NCBI GenBank assembly: GCA_050117845.1
Contig: JASFLY010000017.1
Location: 1-56,522 of the forward strand
DNA from: Candidatus Zixiibacteriota bacterium
GTDB lineage: Bacteria > RBG-13-66-14 > B26-G2 > WVWN01
Length of the DNA stretch: 56,522 bases
Direction: 5' to 3'
Shown here piece by piece: positions 1 to 9,095 of the stretch. Positions within the stretch are counted from its first letter, which is position 1. Every line of letters begins with the position of its first letter. The notes below the pieces were generated by a model. It had not been told where the DNA came from, searched no databases, and saw only the letters and a list, made by a program, of their open reading frames with translations. The position numbers and the translations under genes were made by a program.

Positions 1-243
1 CCGAACGGTTATCTTATTATAAAGGAAATGACGGACCGGCCTGCCTGGAAGCGGCGTTGGTGCGCCTTCCAGGAATGGCTTGCCGTCAAGGTGTTTCATT
101 TCACGGCCGGCTCCGGTATATACCTTCGTTCCGGGGACGAATACCGCCGGGCGATGGAGGAGGCCGGCCTTAGCGTCGAACAGTTCGAGTTGCACCGGCG
201 TTACCCGCACCCGCATTGCGCGTGGCGGGGAAGGAAGAGGTAA
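1..243 (+). CDS. 3' end of a gene running in from upstream of the window; C-terminus resembles class I SAM-dependent methyltransferase tails
   Basis: Frame is open from nt 1 with no stop before the listed ORF 28..243. The YLRSGDEYRRAMEEAGLSVEQFEL tail resembles methyltransferase C-termini. Weak. Confidence 0.25.
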   Translation, partial: PNGYLIIKEMTDRPAWKRRWCAFQEWLAVKVFHFTAGSGIYLRSGDEYRRAMEEAGLSVEQFELHRRYPHPHCAWRGRKR

Positions 244-245
244 TT

Positions 246-656
246 ATGTCGAGATTAAAAACTTTCGTAGCGGTGGCTCTGGTGCTCGCGATGGCGGGGC
301 CGGCGGCGGCAGGGTTCTTCGACGCGCTGGCCGGGGCTATCGCGTGGACGGCGGAACTCGCGGTGCTTCTCGCCGAGAAGAAGCCGCGCCTCAAGGAGAT
401 ATACCTGGCCCACTTCGGCCCGAGCGGCCCGACGGGCGTCCTGCACCCCAGCCTGACCGTCGCCGGGGACGGCACCGTTACGGCCGCCGTCATCGAGGAG
501 GACGAGATAGGCGACGCCGCGTTCGCCGAAGACGTCCGGCGGGAGCTGTTGACCTGGAAGATGCCGAAATCTACCTGGGATATGACGCTCGGCTTCGACC
601 TCGAGTTCGATCCGAACCGCGACCTCTACGGCGCCGACGTCGAGGTGGAGAAGTGA
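246..656 (+). CDS. small secreted hypothetical protein (signal peptide)
   Basis: Start MSRLKTFVAVALVLAMAGPAAAG is a typical Sec signal. No family recognised. Confidence 0.45.
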   Translation: MSRLKTFVAVALVLAMAGPAAAGFFDALAGAIAWTAELAVLLAEKKPRLKEIYLAHFGPSGPTGVLHPSLTVAGDGTVTAAVIEEDEIGDAAFAEDVRRELLTWKMPKSTWDMTLGFDLEFDPNRDLYGADVEVEK

Positions 657-1255
657 GCGGTGGATTCGACCTCGACGCCTGGAGCGCGGTCGAGGAGGAG
701 GTCCGCCTCGAGAACGAACGCCAGCGCGGCGAGAAATTGCCGCCCGAACGGCGCTACCGCTCCCTTCACCCTCAGTCCGGGGAATTCCTCCATTTGCTGA
801 CGCTCGCGACCGGCGCCCGTAGTATAGTCGAGGTGGGTATGAGCGCCGCCTACTCGACGATGTGGCTGGCCCGGGCCTGCGCGGCCACCGGCGGCCGGGT
901 CGTAACGCTCGAGCGCAACGACGGCGCCGTCGTGACGGCGCGCGACCACCTGACCCGGGCGGGCGTGGCCGATTATGTCGAGATCGTCGTAGGCGACGCC
1001 CGGGAGACGCTGGGGGCTTTGGCCGGGCCGTACGACCTGGCGTTCGTCGACGGCGAGAAGGACGAGTACGTGGCGTACGTCGAGGGCGTGTGGCCGCTGC
1101 TCGCGGCCGGCGCTTCACTCGTGGCCGACAACGTCCTGTCCCACGCCGAGGCCGTGGTTCCCTTCCTGGAATACCTGGACGCCGTACCCGGAGCGAGCAC
1201 GACCGTACTCGAGATAGGCATGGGCCTGTCCTGGACCGTCAAGGCGCGGGAATAA
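653..1255 (+). CDS. class I SAM-dependent O-methyltransferase (caffeoyl-CoA OMT-like)
   Basis: GTG start overlapping the upstream stop. Motifs VEVGMSAAYSTMWLA ... LAFVDGEKDEY ... LVADNVL are typical of the O-methyltransferase family 3 fold. Confidence 0.6.
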   Translation: MSGGFDLDAWSAVEEEVRLENERQRGEKLPPERRYRSLHPQSGEFLHLLTLATGARSIVEVGMSAAYSTMWLARACAATGGRVVTLERNDGAVVTARDHLTRAGVADYVEIVVGDARETLGALAGPYDLAFVDGEKDEYVAYVEGVWPLLAAGASLVADNVLSHAEAVVPFLEYLDAVPGASTTVLEIGMGLSWTVKARE

Positions 1256-1451
1256 TCGCGGCGTTACCGGCCGGGGTTTCGCGGGCGAGATAATCACCGC
1301 GGCGCCGCGGGGGGAGATCCGTACCGTTGTCCCGTCCGGGCGCCGTTTTATTTGTTTTCGGGTACGGAAGCGGTTACAATTAAGAGTGGGTACGAGGGGA
1401 TTTTGTTGATTCGGAGGATGAAAACGCCGGCCCCAACCGGAGGTAAACCCA

Positions 1452-2111
1452 ATGCCGGATGTGGACCTGGACGTCCCCGCGGCCGAGGAGTTCATAGGCC
1501 GCTGCCGGGACTACGAACAGCGAGTCAAGAAGGACCCGTATTACAAGATGTACGGCGTCGCGTTATACCTGGTCGACAGGGCGTGGGGCGACGCCGCCGG
1601 TATGGCCAACGGCGTAAGCGTTCTTTTGGTAACCTGGAATTGGGCGTTCTTTAATCGTTACGGCCGCTACGACGTCGACAACCTCGCCCGACTCATCGAC
1701 GATAACATGGAAGTGTTGGCGGCGTACCGGGCCCGGGACGTCCGTGAGTTGACCGAGGCGGACGTCGCCGAAATCCGGGCCCTCTTCACGGGCTTCCTGA
1801 ACGCCCTCCGGGCCGACACCAACGACGCCGCCGGCAACGAAAGCCCGGTCGCCGCGGGTAAGGCCCTGCACGTAGTTTGCCCCGCGTTCTTCCCCCTGTG
1901 GGACCGTAAGACGGCCTTGCACTACGTCGGCGAGTACGGCGACGACGCGGCCGGGAAATACATAGCGTTTTGCCGCGCCACGAGTTATATCCTTCGGGAA
2001 CTCTGCGGCGAGCCGGACGTGGAATTGTACGTCGACGGTTCCAAACACACCCTCGTAAAACTGTTCGACGAGTATAATTACTCCAAATATACCCGGGGTT
2101 GGCCGGGGTAG
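1452..2111 (+). CDS. hypothetical protein, no recognisable family
   Basis: 219-aa ORF with coding-like composition and an RBS-like GGAGG upstream. Confidence 0.45.
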   Translation: MPDVDLDVPAAEEFIGRCRDYEQRVKKDPYYKMYGVALYLVDRAWGDAAGMANGVSVLLVTWNWAFFNRYGRYDVDNLARLIDDNMEVLAAYRARDVRELTEADVAEIRALFTGFLNALRADTNDAAGNESPVAAGKALHVVCPAFFPLWDRKTALHYVGEYGDDAAGKYIAFCRATSYILRELCGEPDVELYVDGSKHTLVKLFDEYNYSKYTRGWPG

Positions 2112-2134
2112 GTTGGGGATAAACGGATAACGAC

Positions 2135-2165
2135 GGCGGGTCCCTCGAGGCCCGCCTTTCGATTT
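2135..2165 (+). terminator. putative rho-independent terminator
   Basis: GGCGGG-N11-CCCGCC hairpin followed by TTTCGATTT, just after the stop at 2111. Confidence 0.3.
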
Positions 2166-2177
2166 ATTCCGGCCCGG

Positions 2178-2207
2178 TTGACAACGGCCGGCCTAGTATC
2201 ATAATAT
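2178..2207 (+). promoter_or_regulatory. sigma70-like promoter (TTGACA-N18-TAATAT), near-leaderless for the MBL gene
   Basis: TTGACA at 2178-2183 and TAATAT at 2202-2207. The ATG at 2215 is only ~8 nt downstream of the -10. Confidence 0.35.
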
Positions 2208-2214
2208 ACCGCCG

Positions 2215-2865
2215 ATGCTACTAGAGACGCTTCAACTCGGCCCCATCGGGACCAACTGCTACATCTATTCCCGGGACGGCGAACGCGCGGTCGTCATAGA
2301 CCCCGCGGCCGAGGCCGCGGAGATAATAGGCCACGTCCGGGCCCTGGGGGTGGAAGTGGCCGCCATCGTCAATACCCACGGCCACTTCGACCACATCGGC
2401 GCCAACGGCCCGCTCAAGGAAGCCTTCGACGCGCCGCTCTGCATCGGCGCCGGCGACGCGCCCTACCTGGGCCCCGACGCCGAAGCCGTCCACCGCCAGG
2501 ACGCGCTCATCCTCGGCCCCGAGGCGGTCGCGCTGTTCCAAATAGTATACGTCGCGTCGCCCCCACCTGACGTGCTGCTACGCGAGGGGGACGAGATCCC
2601 GGGAATGGACCTGCGGGTCCTCGAGACGCCCGGCCACTCGCCGGGCGGCATATCGCTCGCGGCCCCCGACGTCGTATTCACCGGCGACTCGCTCGTCGCC
2701 GGGGCCATAGGCCGGACGGACCTCTGCGGCGGCGACGAGGACCTGTTGATATCCTCCATTAAAAGGAAACTGATGTCCCTGCCGGCGGAGACGGCCGTTT
2801 TTCCCGGCCACGGGCCCGCGACGACCGTCGCCGCGGAGAAGGCCTACAACCCGTTCTTAACGTAA
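2215..2865 (+). CDS. MBL-fold metallo-hydrolase (glyoxalase II-like)
   Basis: HGHFDHIG metal-binding motif (HxHxDH). Typical ~215-aa beta-lactamase-fold hydrolase. Paralogous to 54090..54674. Confidence 0.75.
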   Translation: MLLETLQLGPIGTNCYIYSRDGERAVVIDPAAEAAEIIGHVRALGVEVAAIVNTHGHFDHIGANGPLKEAFDAPLCIGAGDAPYLGPDAEAVHRQDALILGPEAVALFQIVYVASPPPDVLLREGDEIPGMDLRVLETPGHSPGGISLAAPDVVFTGDSLVAGAIGRTDLCGGDEDLLISSIKRKLMSLPAETAVFPGHGPATTVAAEKAYNPFLT

Positions 2866-2942
2866 AAGGTATCATAATCGGGGGTGGTCGGGGCGGCCGG
2901 GAATCGACTCGGACCCCTCGGTAAAAGCGGCCAAAATCGATA

Positions 2943-2971
2943 TTGACTTTAAGTAGGCAGTGTGCTAGTTT
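2943..2971 (+). promoter_or_regulatory. candidate promoter TTGACT-N17-TAGTTT with TGC extended -10
   Basis: Lies upstream of the aminotransferase-gcv gene block. An imperfect CCAAT/ATTGG inverted repeat follows at ~2975-3010. Confidence 0.3.
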
Positions 2972-3044
2972 CACAACCAATAGGAAATACGTTCCATTGT
3001 TGGGTTCTTTGGTTGAAAAAGTTCCTTAAGAGATAGGAGAGCGT

Positions 3045-4208
3045 ATGTACATCGCGAAGCGAATGAGCCGGCTCGGTACCGAGACGGCTTTCGAGGTTTT
3101 GGCGAAGGCCAAGGCGCTCGAATGCCAGGGGCGAGACATCGTCCATCTGGAAATCGGCGAACCGGATTTCGATACGCCGGTGAACATTCGGGAAGCCGCC
3201 AAGCGCGCCCTCGACGAGGGCTGGACGCACTACGGCCCCAGCGCCGGCTTGCCGGAGAACCGCAAGATAATCTCGGAGTACATGAAGAAGTACTGGGACC
3301 TCGATTACACGACGGACGAAATCGTCGTCGTCCCCGGCGCCAAGCCCATTATGTTCTATACTATCTTGGCCTGCGTCGAGGATACCGACGAAGTCATCTA
3401 CCCCAACCCCGGGTTCCCCATCTACGAGTCGATGATCAACTACATCGGCGCCAAGGCCGTGCCGATTCAGCTTCGCGAAGAACTGGACTTCCGGCTGGAC
3501 GTGAACGAACTCGCTTCCCTCGTGAACGATAAGACGCGCCTTGTTATAATCAACTCGCCGCAGAACCCGACCGGTGGCGTCCTGACCCCCGACGACCTCA
3601 AGGCCGTCGCCGACCTCGCCGTCAAGCACGACTTCATGGTCATGTCGGACGAGGTTTACAACCGTATTATTTACGACGGCGAGCATCACTCCATCGCGAG
3701 TTTGCCCGGCATGAAGGAACGGACCATCATCATCGACGGTTTCTCGAAGACCTACGCCATGACGGGGTGGCGTCTCGGCTGGGGCGCCATGCCCGCCGAC
3801 CTGGCGCCGCACATCACGCGCCTGATGACGAATTCCAATTCCTGCGCCTGCTCCTTCGCGCAGGTCGCCGGGATGGAGGGCCTGACCGGCCCGCAGGAAG
3901 ACTCGGCCAAAATGGTGGAGGCCTTCCGCCAGCGCCGCGACGTTATAGTGGACGGAATGAACTCCCTGCCGGGGGTAACCTGCAAAAAGCCCCGCGGCGC
4001 GTTCTACGTTTTCCCGAACATCACCGGAACCGGCAAGGACGAAAAATTCCTGGCCGACTATTTCCTCAACGAAGCGGGCGTGGCCTGCCTCGCCGGGACG
4101 TCTTTCGGCGCGTTCGGCAAGGGCTACATCCGTTTCTCGTACGCCAACTCGGTGGACAATATCGAGAAGGCTATCAGCCGCATGGGCGAAGCCCTGAAGT
4201 CGCTGTAG
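3045..4208 (+). CDS. pyridoxal-phosphate aminotransferase class I/II (aspartate/aromatic aminotransferase-like)
   Basis: SKTYAMTGWRLGW lysine motif, NPTG, and the N-terminal LEIGEPDFDTP motif of the AspAT family. Confidence 0.85.
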   Translation: MYIAKRMSRLGTETAFEVLAKAKALECQGRDIVHLEIGEPDFDTPVNIREAAKRALDEGWTHYGPSAGLPENRKIISEYMKKYWDLDYTTDEIVVVPGAKPIMFYTILACVEDTDEVIYPNPGFPIYESMINYIGAKAVPIQLREELDFRLDVNELASLVNDKTRLVIINSPQNPTGGVLTPDDLKAVADLAVKHDFMVMSDEVYNRIIYDGEHHSIASLPGMKERTIIIDGFSKTYAMTGWRLGWGAMPADLAPHITRLMTNSNSCACSFAQVAGMEGLTGPQEDSAKMVEAFRQRRDVIVDGMNSLPGVTCKKPRGAFYVFPNITGTGKDEKFLADYFLNEAGVACLAGTSFGAFGKGYIRFSYANSVDNIEKAISRMGEALKSL

Positions 4209-4221
4209 GGGGGCGGCGGGA

Positions 4222-5325
4222 ATGTCGAAAGTTATCAAAACGCCGCTATACGAAAAACACGTCTCACTCGGCGGCAAGATGGTCGAGTTCGCCGGCTACA
4301 TGATGCCGGTTCAATATACCGGGATTATCGACGAGCACTTAACCGTGCGCGAGAACGCCGGTATCTTCGACCTAAGCCACATGGGCGAGTTTTTCGTATC
4401 GGGCAAGGGCGCCCCGGCGGCCCTCAACCACGTCGTCACCAACGACGTCGAGAAGCTCAAAGTGGGTCGGGCGTTGTACACTCCCGTGTGTACGCCGGAA
4501 GGCGGCATCGTGGACGACATCCTCGTCTACCGCGATGCCGACGAGGAGTACATGCTGGTCGTCAACGCCTCCAACATCCCTAAGGACTACAAGTGGTTCC
4601 AGGACCACCTGCCGAAGGGCGTTAAGCTCGACGACCGATCGCTCGATACGGCCCTCGTGGCCGTGCAGGGACCGCAGTCGGAAGCCATTCTCGGCGAGGC
4701 CACCGGTGCCGACCTGAGCACGCTGAAGTACTACGCCTTCATGCAGACGGTCATCGACGATATTCCGGTGCGCCTGTCGCGAACCGGATACACCGGCGAG
4801 GACGGCTTCGAGGTCTACGTGAAGAACGAATACGCCCCGGACATCTGGGACATCCTCTTCGACCTCACGGCCGGTATCGGCGGCGTGCCCGTGGGCCTCG
4901 GGGCCCGGGACACCCTTCGCCTCGAGATGAAGTATTGCCTCTACGGCAACGACATCGACGAGACGACGACGCCGCTCGAGGCGGACATCGCCTGGACGGT
5001 CAAACTCGGCAAGGAAGATTTCATAGGCCGGGAGCCCCTTCTCAAGCAGCACGACGACGGCCTCTCCCGCGAGCTGGTCGGTTTCGTTATGGTCGACCCG
5101 GGCGTGCCCCGCCACGATTACGAGATAATCGACGTGGACGAACAGAAGATAGGGCGCGTGACCTCCGGGTCCTATTCGCCGAGCCTGGGCGAGAATATCG
5201 GCCTCGGATACCTGGACGTCGGCAACGCGGACGTCGGGACCGAGATTATGATAAATATCCGCAACAAACCGCGTTTGGCACGCGTGGTCGAAACGCCGTT
5301 TTTAAAACTACTCGGCGGAAAATAA
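4222..5325 (+). CDS. gcvT: glycine cleavage system T protein (aminomethyltransferase)
   Basis: TPLYEKHVSLGGKMVEFAGYMMPVQY ... GIFDLSHMGEF matches the GcvT N-terminus. Length is 367 aa. Confidence 0.9.
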   Translation: MSKVIKTPLYEKHVSLGGKMVEFAGYMMPVQYTGIIDEHLTVRENAGIFDLSHMGEFFVSGKGAPAALNHVVTNDVEKLKVGRALYTPVCTPEGGIVDDILVYRDADEEYMLVVNASNIPKDYKWFQDHLPKGVKLDDRSLDTALVAVQGPQSEAILGEATGADLSTLKYYAFMQTVIDDIPVRLSRTGYTGEDGFEVYVKNEYAPDIWDILFDLTAGIGGVPVGLGARDTLRLEMKYCLYGNDIDETTTPLEADIAWTVKLGKEDFIGREPLLKQHDDGLSRELVGFVMVDPGVPRHDYEIIDVDEQKIGRVTSGSYSPSLGENIGLGYLDVGNADVGTEIMINIRNKPRLARVVETPFLKLLGGK

Positions 5326-5351
5326 ACGGCCATTTGCGAAAGGAGCCGCCG

Positions 5352-5729
5352 GTGTATCCGGAAGATCTGCGCTACGACGAAACGCACGAGTGGGCGAAGG
5401 TGGAGGGCGACGTCGCCACCATCGGCATCACGAATCACGCCCAGTCGGAACTGGGGGATATGGTTTACCTCGAGCTGCCCGCCGTGGGTACCGAGGTGAC
5501 GGCCGGCGGCGAGTTCGGCGTCGTCGAATCGGTCAAGGCCGCGTCGGACGTCTACGCCCCGCTCTCCGGCAAGATAATAGAGGTCAACGACGCCGCCGTC
5601 GAGGACCCCACCGCCGTGAACCGCGACTGCTACGGCGAGGGGTGGCTCGTCAAGATAGAGATAAAAGACGCCTCGGAAGTCGAGAACCTCAAATCGGCCG
5701 CCGAGTATAAAGAGTTCATCGGAGCATAA
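5352..5729 (+). CDS. gcvH: glycine cleavage system H protein (lipoyl carrier)
   Basis: GTG start with an AGGAG RBS. LRYDETHEWAKVEGDVATIGIT ... ESVKAASDVYAPLSG carries the lipoyl-lysine motif. Confidence 0.85.
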   Translation: MYPEDLRYDETHEWAKVEGDVATIGITNHAQSELGDMVYLELPAVGTEVTAGGEFGVVESVKAASDVYAPLSGKIIEVNDAAVEDPTAVNRDCYGEGWLVKIEIKDASEVENLKSAAEYKEFIGA

Positions 5730-5847
5730 TATAGTAGGGCGCGTCGCGCCGGCCGGCCTCGGGCTGGCCGCGCTTCCTCGCAGGCGAGGGGTTGCGGCCC
5801 CTCGTTTTGTTTAAGGAGCCCGGCGCCGCCCTCCACGGAGGACCCGA

Positions 5848-7200
5848 ATGCCGTACGTTCCCCATACCGACAAAGACAGGGGGGAAATGCTCGCCGGCCT
5901 CGGCGCCGCGAGCGTTGACGAATTGTTCTCGCCCGTCGCGAAGGAACTCCTGCGCGACGGTTTCGACCTGCCGGAGGGGCTGGACGAACCCGCCTTGGCC
6001 CGGCACATGGAAGAGCTGGCCGCGGAAGGCCGGGCGCACAACCTCTCGTTCCTCGGCGCCGGCTGCTACGACCACTTCGTGCCCGCCGCCGTAAAAGATC
6101 TCGCCGGCCAGAGCCAGTTCTACACTGCGTACACGCCGTACCAGCCCGAAGTCAGCCAGGGTACGCTGGCGGTCATCTTCGAGTTCCAGACCTACGTCGC
6201 CGGCCTCACCGGCATGGAGGTCGCCAACGCGTCCATGTACGACGGCGCGACCGCCGCGGCCGAGGCCGCGCTTATGTCGCTCCGCGTAAAGCGGGACCGC
6301 TCCCGCGTCATGCTGGCGCCCAACCTCCACCCGGAGTACCGGCAGGTCGTCGAGACCTACCTCTCCAACATCCCGGGCGTGTCCGCCCGGACGCTGGAGT
6401 GCTGCGCGCCGTACGCCGAGGGCGGCAAGGTGGACCTGAACCGCCTCACCGGGTCGCTGGGCGAGTCGGCCTGTTTCATCATGCAGTACCCGAACTTTTT
6501 CGGCCTGGTGGAAACGGACCTCGCCGAGATAGCGGAAGTCGTCCACGGCGAGGGGGCGCTCCTCGTCGTCGCGGTGGCGGAGCCCTTGAGCCTCGCCCTG
6601 CTCGAGCCGCCCGGCAAGTTCGGCGCCGACATCGTCGTGGGGGAGGGGCAGAGCTTCGGCCTGGCCCGTTCCTTCGGCGGCCCGGGCGTCGGCCTCTTCG
6701 CGACCCGCATGGAGTATGTGCGCCAGATGCCCGGCCGGTTGGTCGGCAAGACGACGGACCGGGAAGGCAAGCCGGGCTACGTTATGACGCTCCAAACCCG
6801 CGAGCAGCACATCCGCCGGGAGAAGGCCACCTCCAACATCTGCACCAACCACGCCCTCGCCGCCACTATTTTTACTATATTCCTCTCGACCGTGGGCCGG
6901 ACGGGCCTGCTCGAGCTGGCCCGGCAGAACCTGCAAAACTGTACCTACGCCCAGTACAAGACGACGGAACTCGCCGGTTATATAATGGTCTTCGAGGAGC
7001 CGGTCTTCAACGAGTTCGTCTTGCGCTGTCCCAGGGACGCGGAGGAAGTGCGCGCGGCGTGTCTGGAGCGGGGCGTCGACCCCGGCCTGCCGCTGGGCCG
7101 CTTCTACCCCGAGTACGACGACTGCCTCCTCGTCACGGTCACGGAGACCAAGACCAAGGCCGACATCGACCGGCTGTGCGAGGCGCTGGCGTTGGCGTAA
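5848..7200 (+). CDS. gcvPA: glycine dehydrogenase (decarboxylating) subunit 1
   Basis: MPYVPHTDKDRGEMLAGLG ... GAGCYDHFVPAAV is typical of the GcvPA N-terminal half of the P protein. Confidence 0.9.
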   Translation: MPYVPHTDKDRGEMLAGLGAASVDELFSPVAKELLRDGFDLPEGLDEPALARHMEELAAEGRAHNLSFLGAGCYDHFVPAAVKDLAGQSQFYTAYTPYQPEVSQGTLAVIFEFQTYVAGLTGMEVANASMYDGATAAAEAALMSLRVKRDRSRVMLAPNLHPEYRQVVETYLSNIPGVSARTLECCAPYAEGGKVDLNRLTGSLGESACFIMQYPNFFGLVETDLAEIAEVVHGEGALLVVAVAEPLSLALLEPPGKFGADIVVGEGQSFGLARSFGGPGVGLFATRMEYVRQMPGRLVGKTTDREGKPGYVMTLQTREQHIRREKATSNICTNHALAATIFTIFLSTVGRTGLLELARQNLQNCTYAQYKTTELAGYIMVFEEPVFNEFVLRCPRDAEEVRAACLERGVDPGLPLGRFYPEYDDCLLVTVTETKTKADIDRLCEALALA

Positions 7201-7221
7201 AGGAGGGACGCGGGGGAGGAT

Positions 7222-8226
7222 ATGATGCGGGCAATAATCGCCGGGATCGTTACGGCGGCCGTGGCGCTGGCCATCGCCGTAACGTTCCGTGAGTACGATT
7301 GGGTCCTGGATGGTATGGCGCCGGGATGGCGCGGACCGGACTTTATCGCCCCGGGCGCGAAGTTGCCGGAGGCCGATTTCGAGGGATGGGTGCCTCCCGA
7401 CCCCGTAATCCACGTAAGCGAGAAGTGGGTTAAGGTTAGCGGCAAACGCGTCGTGTCCGCCGACGAAGTGATCTCCGATCCCGATTATGTTATAGAGTCA
7501 CTTCATGAGGAAATCGTATTTGCCGTCGAGGGCCGGTGGGACCGCTCCTGCGCGCTCAGTCGTTGGAATACGTATCTTAAGGTACCTATATCCGGCGACG
7601 CTAGCGGCAACCCCCGCGGCGTTATTATCCAGGCCGACGAGGGGGTCGAATTCGGATTACTTCGGACCGTTTTATATAACTGCCACAGGGCCAACTGCGA
7701 AGCATGGCGCCTCGCGGCCGTTAACGGCGAAAGCGGCGCGCTTGAAGTTGTAACGGTCCACCCGTTGTTTCTGCGGTACCCCTGGCCCGAGGGTCTTTGG
7801 GGAGTCGGCGCCGGCCCCGTTTCGGGTATCTCGCCCGCGTTGACCGAACGGGAGGGCGTAAGCGAGTTGGACCTGGAGTACGGTCCTATTCCCGAAATCG
7901 AGGGGCCGTTGGGGGAGGACATTCAATATGCCGTTGTTTTATACGTCGGCGAAGGTTGGTTTCTACTCCCGGATAGAGAGGCCGGCGCGACGCTCATATT
8001 GCGCGACGACGGCGACGGCGCGTATACTTTGTTGGCGGAGAAACTTAAACGGATTAAACGACGGTACCCCGACCAAAGGTGTTTGATAATCGTGTGCACC
8101 GCCGGCGTGGAATACGAGGAACTCATCCGCGTCCTGGAAGTTTCGGTTCAACCCGAAATCGCCTTAACGGAAATATACCTGGATCTGGCGCTGCTGGAAG
8201 AGAAGCAACGAGTAATTATAGATTAG
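7222..8226 (+). CDS. membrane-anchored protein with two ExbD/TolR-like periplasmic domains (paralog A)
   Basis: N-terminal TM helix. Two segments fit the ExbD/TolR periplasmic fold, with ...IIQADEGVEFGLLRTVLY... and ...LIIVCTAGVEYEELIRVLEVS... as its VVIRADKdVpYg-type cores. The family call is tentative. Confidence 0.4.
   Translation: MMRAIIAGIVTAAVALAIAVTFREYDWVLDGMAPGWRGPDFIAPGAKLPEADFEGWVPPDPVIHVSEKWVKVSGKRVVSADEVISDPDYVIESLHEEIVFAVEGRWDRSCALSRWNTYLKVPISGDASGNPRGVIIQADEGVEFGLLRTVLYNCHRANCEAWRLAAVNGESGALEVVTVHPLFLRYPWPEGLWGVGAGPVSGISPALTEREGVSELDLEYGPIPEIEGPLGEDIQYAVVLYVGEGWFLLPDREAGATLILRDDGDGAYTLLAEKLKRIKRRYPDQRCLIIVCTAGVEYEELIRVLEVSVQPEIALTEIYLDLALLEEKQRVIID
8119..8178 (+). repeat. ~60-nt near-identical segment shared with 9003..9062 (3' ends of the two ExbD-like paralogs)
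   Basis: Direct comparison: gaactcatccgcgtcctggaagtttcggttcaacccgaaatcgcctt(a/g)acggaaatatac occurs in both genes. The gene bodies are much more diverged. Confidence 0.8.
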
Positions 8227-8264
8227 CGGCCTTAAAGGCGTAAAGAAGGAGAGCGGGGGAGGAA

Positions 8265-9095
8265 ATGACGCGGGCCATTATTGCCGGGATCGTTACGGCG
8301 GCCGTGGCGTTCGCCATCGCCGTAACGCTCCGCGAGGACGTCGGCCTAAGGTGGTTCGGGCCCGATTTCATAGCCCCCGGCGCCAGGTTGCCGGAGGCCA
8401 GGATGGGGGAGAAGCCGCCCGCCGCCCCGGTCGTCCACGTTAGCAGGGAGTGGATTACGGTCCGCGCCAAACGCGTGGCCTCGGCCGAAGAGGCGATTGC
8501 CGACGAGGATTTAATTATAGATGGTTTTTACGGGGAGTTAGTTTCGATCGGTGAAACGTTAGGGAAATGGGATGGGCCCCGTGTGATTCCAGTTGACGCC
8601 GAGGGTCGAATTATCCCCGAATATGGGCCCGAAGACGATTTAATTATTCAAGCCGATAGGGACGTCGAATTCGAATTACTACGCCGCGTTTTTTATACTT
8701 GTGGCCGCGCCGAGTACGGGAGGTTGAACCTTGCGGCAATTAATCCGGATAACCGGGAGTTGGGAGTATTCTCCTTGGATTTACCTACCCTCGGCGATAT
8801 AGACGAACTTGAACCTGAGCCCGGTTTAATAATGGGGGATGATTCGTTGAAGCTAAGTTATAGAGATACCTCCGGGGAGTACGTATTTAGTACCATCGAA
8901 AAGGATTATTCCGTATTGGCGGAGGAGTTAAGGCAAATGAAACGGCGGCGGCCCGGGCAGAAGAGTTTATTGATCATTTGCGCCGCCCACGTGAGATACG
9001 AAGAACTCATCCGCGTCCTGGAAGTTTCGGTTCAACCCGAAATCGCCTTGACGGAAATATACTTAGCCAAATCGGTCGAGGCTTTTGTTAAATGA
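8265..9095 (+). CDS. membrane-anchored protein with two ExbD/TolR-like domains (paralog B)
   Basis: N-terminal 25 aa and C-terminal ~25 aa are near-identical to 7222..8226. The middle is diverged, with visibly lower GC over ~8500-8950. Confidence 0.4.
   Translation: MTRAIIAGIVTAAVAFAIAVTLREDVGLRWFGPDFIAPGARLPEARMGEKPPAAPVVHVSREWITVRAKRVASAEEAIADEDLIIDGFYGELVSIGETLGKWDGPRVIPVDAEGRIIPEYGPEDDLIIQADRDVEFELLRRVFYTCGRAEYGRLNLAAINPDNRELGVFSLDLPTLGDIDELEPEPGLIMGDDSLKLSYRDTSGEYVFSTIEKDYSVLAEELRQMKRRRPGQKSLLIICAAHVRYEELIRVLEVSVQPEIALTEIYLAKSVEAFVK
9003..9062 (+). repeat. second copy of the ~60-nt segment (see 8119..8178)
   Basis: Identical apart from one or two substitutions. Confidence 0.8.

Noticed and set aside
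80-1255. 391-aa ORF 80..1255 and the many Arg-rich ORFs in alternative frames (e.g. 255..1118 -, 862..1293 +, 15190..15789 +, 16343..16807 +, 44598..45302 +)
   Set aside because: Only the last ~200 codons of 80..1255 match a methyltransferase. Upstream it overlaps a signal-peptide gene in another frame. The other ORFs are poly-Arg/Gly artefacts of high GC content overlapping real genes.
2866-3044. Possible glycine riboswitch upstream of the aminotransferase-gcvT genes
   Set aside because: I looked for the GGAGAG...CUCUGGAGAG...ACCGAAGGGGCAA aptamer blocks and did not find them. Only a weak imperfect inverted repeat is present.
2949-4277. Long minus-strand ORF (442 aa) plus similar antisense ORFs at 5716..7413, 9323..11137, 11780..13078, 16113..17987, 23610..25073 and 30427..33405
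   Set aside because: Each lies antisense to a well-supported plus-strand gene (aminotransferase, gcvPA, gcvPB, AldDH, RnfC-like, nfnB, RND pump). The translations are Arg/Gly/Pro-rich low-complexity, as expected for a GC-rich non-coding frame. No RBS or family signal.
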